From: Octopus bimaculoides
Lineage: Eukaryota
Length of the DNA: 38,237 nt
Assembly (NCBI RefSeq): GCF_001194135.2
Contig: NC_068982.1
Coordinates: 57,407,412-57,445,648 of the forward strand
Direction of reading: 5' to 3'
Part shown: positions 36,847-38,237 of the stretch, piece by piece
How the letters are laid out: each line of letters begins with the position of its first letter
Numbering within the stretch: position 1 is the first letter of the stretch
Translations under genes and position numbers: made by a program
The notes under the pieces: generated by a model
What the model saw: the letters and a program-made list of their open reading frames with translations, nothing else
Told to the model about the DNA's origin: nothing
Database searches by the model: none

Positions 36847-37657
36847 NNNNNNNNNNNNNNNNNNNNNNNNNNNNNNNNNNNNNNNNNNNNNNNNNNNNNN
36901 NNNNNNNNNNNNNNNNNNNNNNNNNNNNNNNNNNNNNNNNNNNNNNNNNNNNNNNNNNNNNNNNNNNNNNNNNNNNNNNNNNNNNNNNNNNNNNNNNNNN
37001 NNNNNNNNNNNNNNNNNNNNNNNNNNNNNNNNNNNNNNNNNNNNNNNNNNNNNNNNNNNNNNNNNNNNNNNNNNNNNNNNNNNNNNNNNNNNNNNNNNNN
37101 NNNNNNNNNNNNNNNNNNNNNNNNNNNNNNNNNNNNNNNNNNNNNNNNNNNNNNNNNNNNNNNNNNNNNNNNNNNNNNNNNNNNNNNNNNNNNNNNNNNN
37201 NNNNNNNNNNNNNNNNNNNNNNNNNNNNNNNNNNNNNNNNNNNNNNNNNNNNNNNNNNNNNNNNNNNNNNNNNNNNNNNNNNNNNNNNNNNNNNNNNNNN
37301 NNNNNNNNNNNNNNNNNNNNNNNNNNNNNNNNNNNNNNNNNNNNNNNNNNNNNNNNNNNNNNNNNNNNNNNNNNNNNNNNNNNNNNNNNNNNNNNNNNNN
37401 NNNNNNNNNNNNNNNNNNNNNNNNNNNNNNNNNNNNNNNNNNNNNNATATATATATATATATATATATACATATATATACACACACATATATATACACAC
37501 ACATATATATATACATCTATATACATACATAAATATATGTATGTATGTATACATATGTGTGTGCGTATGTGTACATAAAAAGTAAAGTCAATCTCTGATT
37601 GAGATTTTACAACTAGCCATTTTGCTTATACATGCATACATACATAGACACACACAC

Positions 37658-37741
<84 letters not shown>
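37658..37741. repeat. (GATA)n microsatellite
   Basis: Read directly. Confidence 0.97.
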
Positions 37742-37742
<1 letters not shown>

Positions 37743-38206
37743 TAGCGAGTAGGGCATACATACAACGAGATCCCGAGATCTGCTCTGAAACACCAAGTTA
37801 ATGCGACCCTTGTTTTAAACTTGAGCAGTTTGTAAAAAGCAGAAAATGCCTCATTTTCCGACATTTATTTTCATGAACGCACCGCTACACTAACACAGAA
37901 TTGGTCATTAAACTTCCGTCGGCTAAGCTATGGAAGAAAGTATTTATTTCTATTCTTATTTTCAACTGTTGTATCTTGTTCTCTGTATTTTTTTATAAAT
38001 TGCCGTGCAGGTATCGTTATATTGGCGCCGGACTAATAGTCGCTTTTAGCGCTCAATCAACTACGCTTTTATTTTAAAAGGATTCTTCGACTCCATTTGT
38101 CTCTGGCACAATGCACCCATCTTTATCTAGCTATCTAACAAACACTATTTATTTATCTATCTATCTTTTTATTCATTTATATAACTATCGATATGTGAGT
38201 GTGTAC

Positions 38207-38237
<31 letters not shown>

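Noticed and set aside
37766-37864. Minus-strand ATG-initiated frame MSENEAFSAFYKLLKFKTRVALTWCFRADLGISL with possible donor GTATGT
   Set aside because: Weak donor context, no homology recognised, and the ORF continues only through (TATC)n.

Overview
This is a 38.2-kb, AT-rich, microsatellite-dense eukaryotic window with 11 assembly gaps, almost all flanked by simple repeats. The SINE repertoire looks like that of an octopod cephalopod (inference). No complete or nameable host gene is visible, and nearly all long ORFs in the track are artefacts of N-runs or microsatellites. The content is mostly transposon debris: several tRNA-derived/octopus-type SINE families (about 20 copies), an internally deleted mariner, 3' relics of Tx1/L1-, R4/Dong- and RTE-like LINEs, and MITE/foldback elements. 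A few low-confidence minus-strand exon candidates suggest the window may be mostly intron. The most notable signals are: (1) a 188-bp palindrome (25303-25490) built from two inverted copies of a minimal type-I hammerhead-ribozyme-like motif, as found in Penelope-like element termini; (2) a second, different hammerhead-like motif at 1003-1038 in a (TA)n-embedded element, next to a 53/55-bp perfect hairpin (690-825); (3) a SINE family whose copies are repeatedly joined at the same internal site AGAA(T/A)CGTTAGC, suggesting self-targeted insertion; and (4) a foldback element with a 17/34-bp higher-order minisatellite. Repeat boundaries are approximate and were set by eye.
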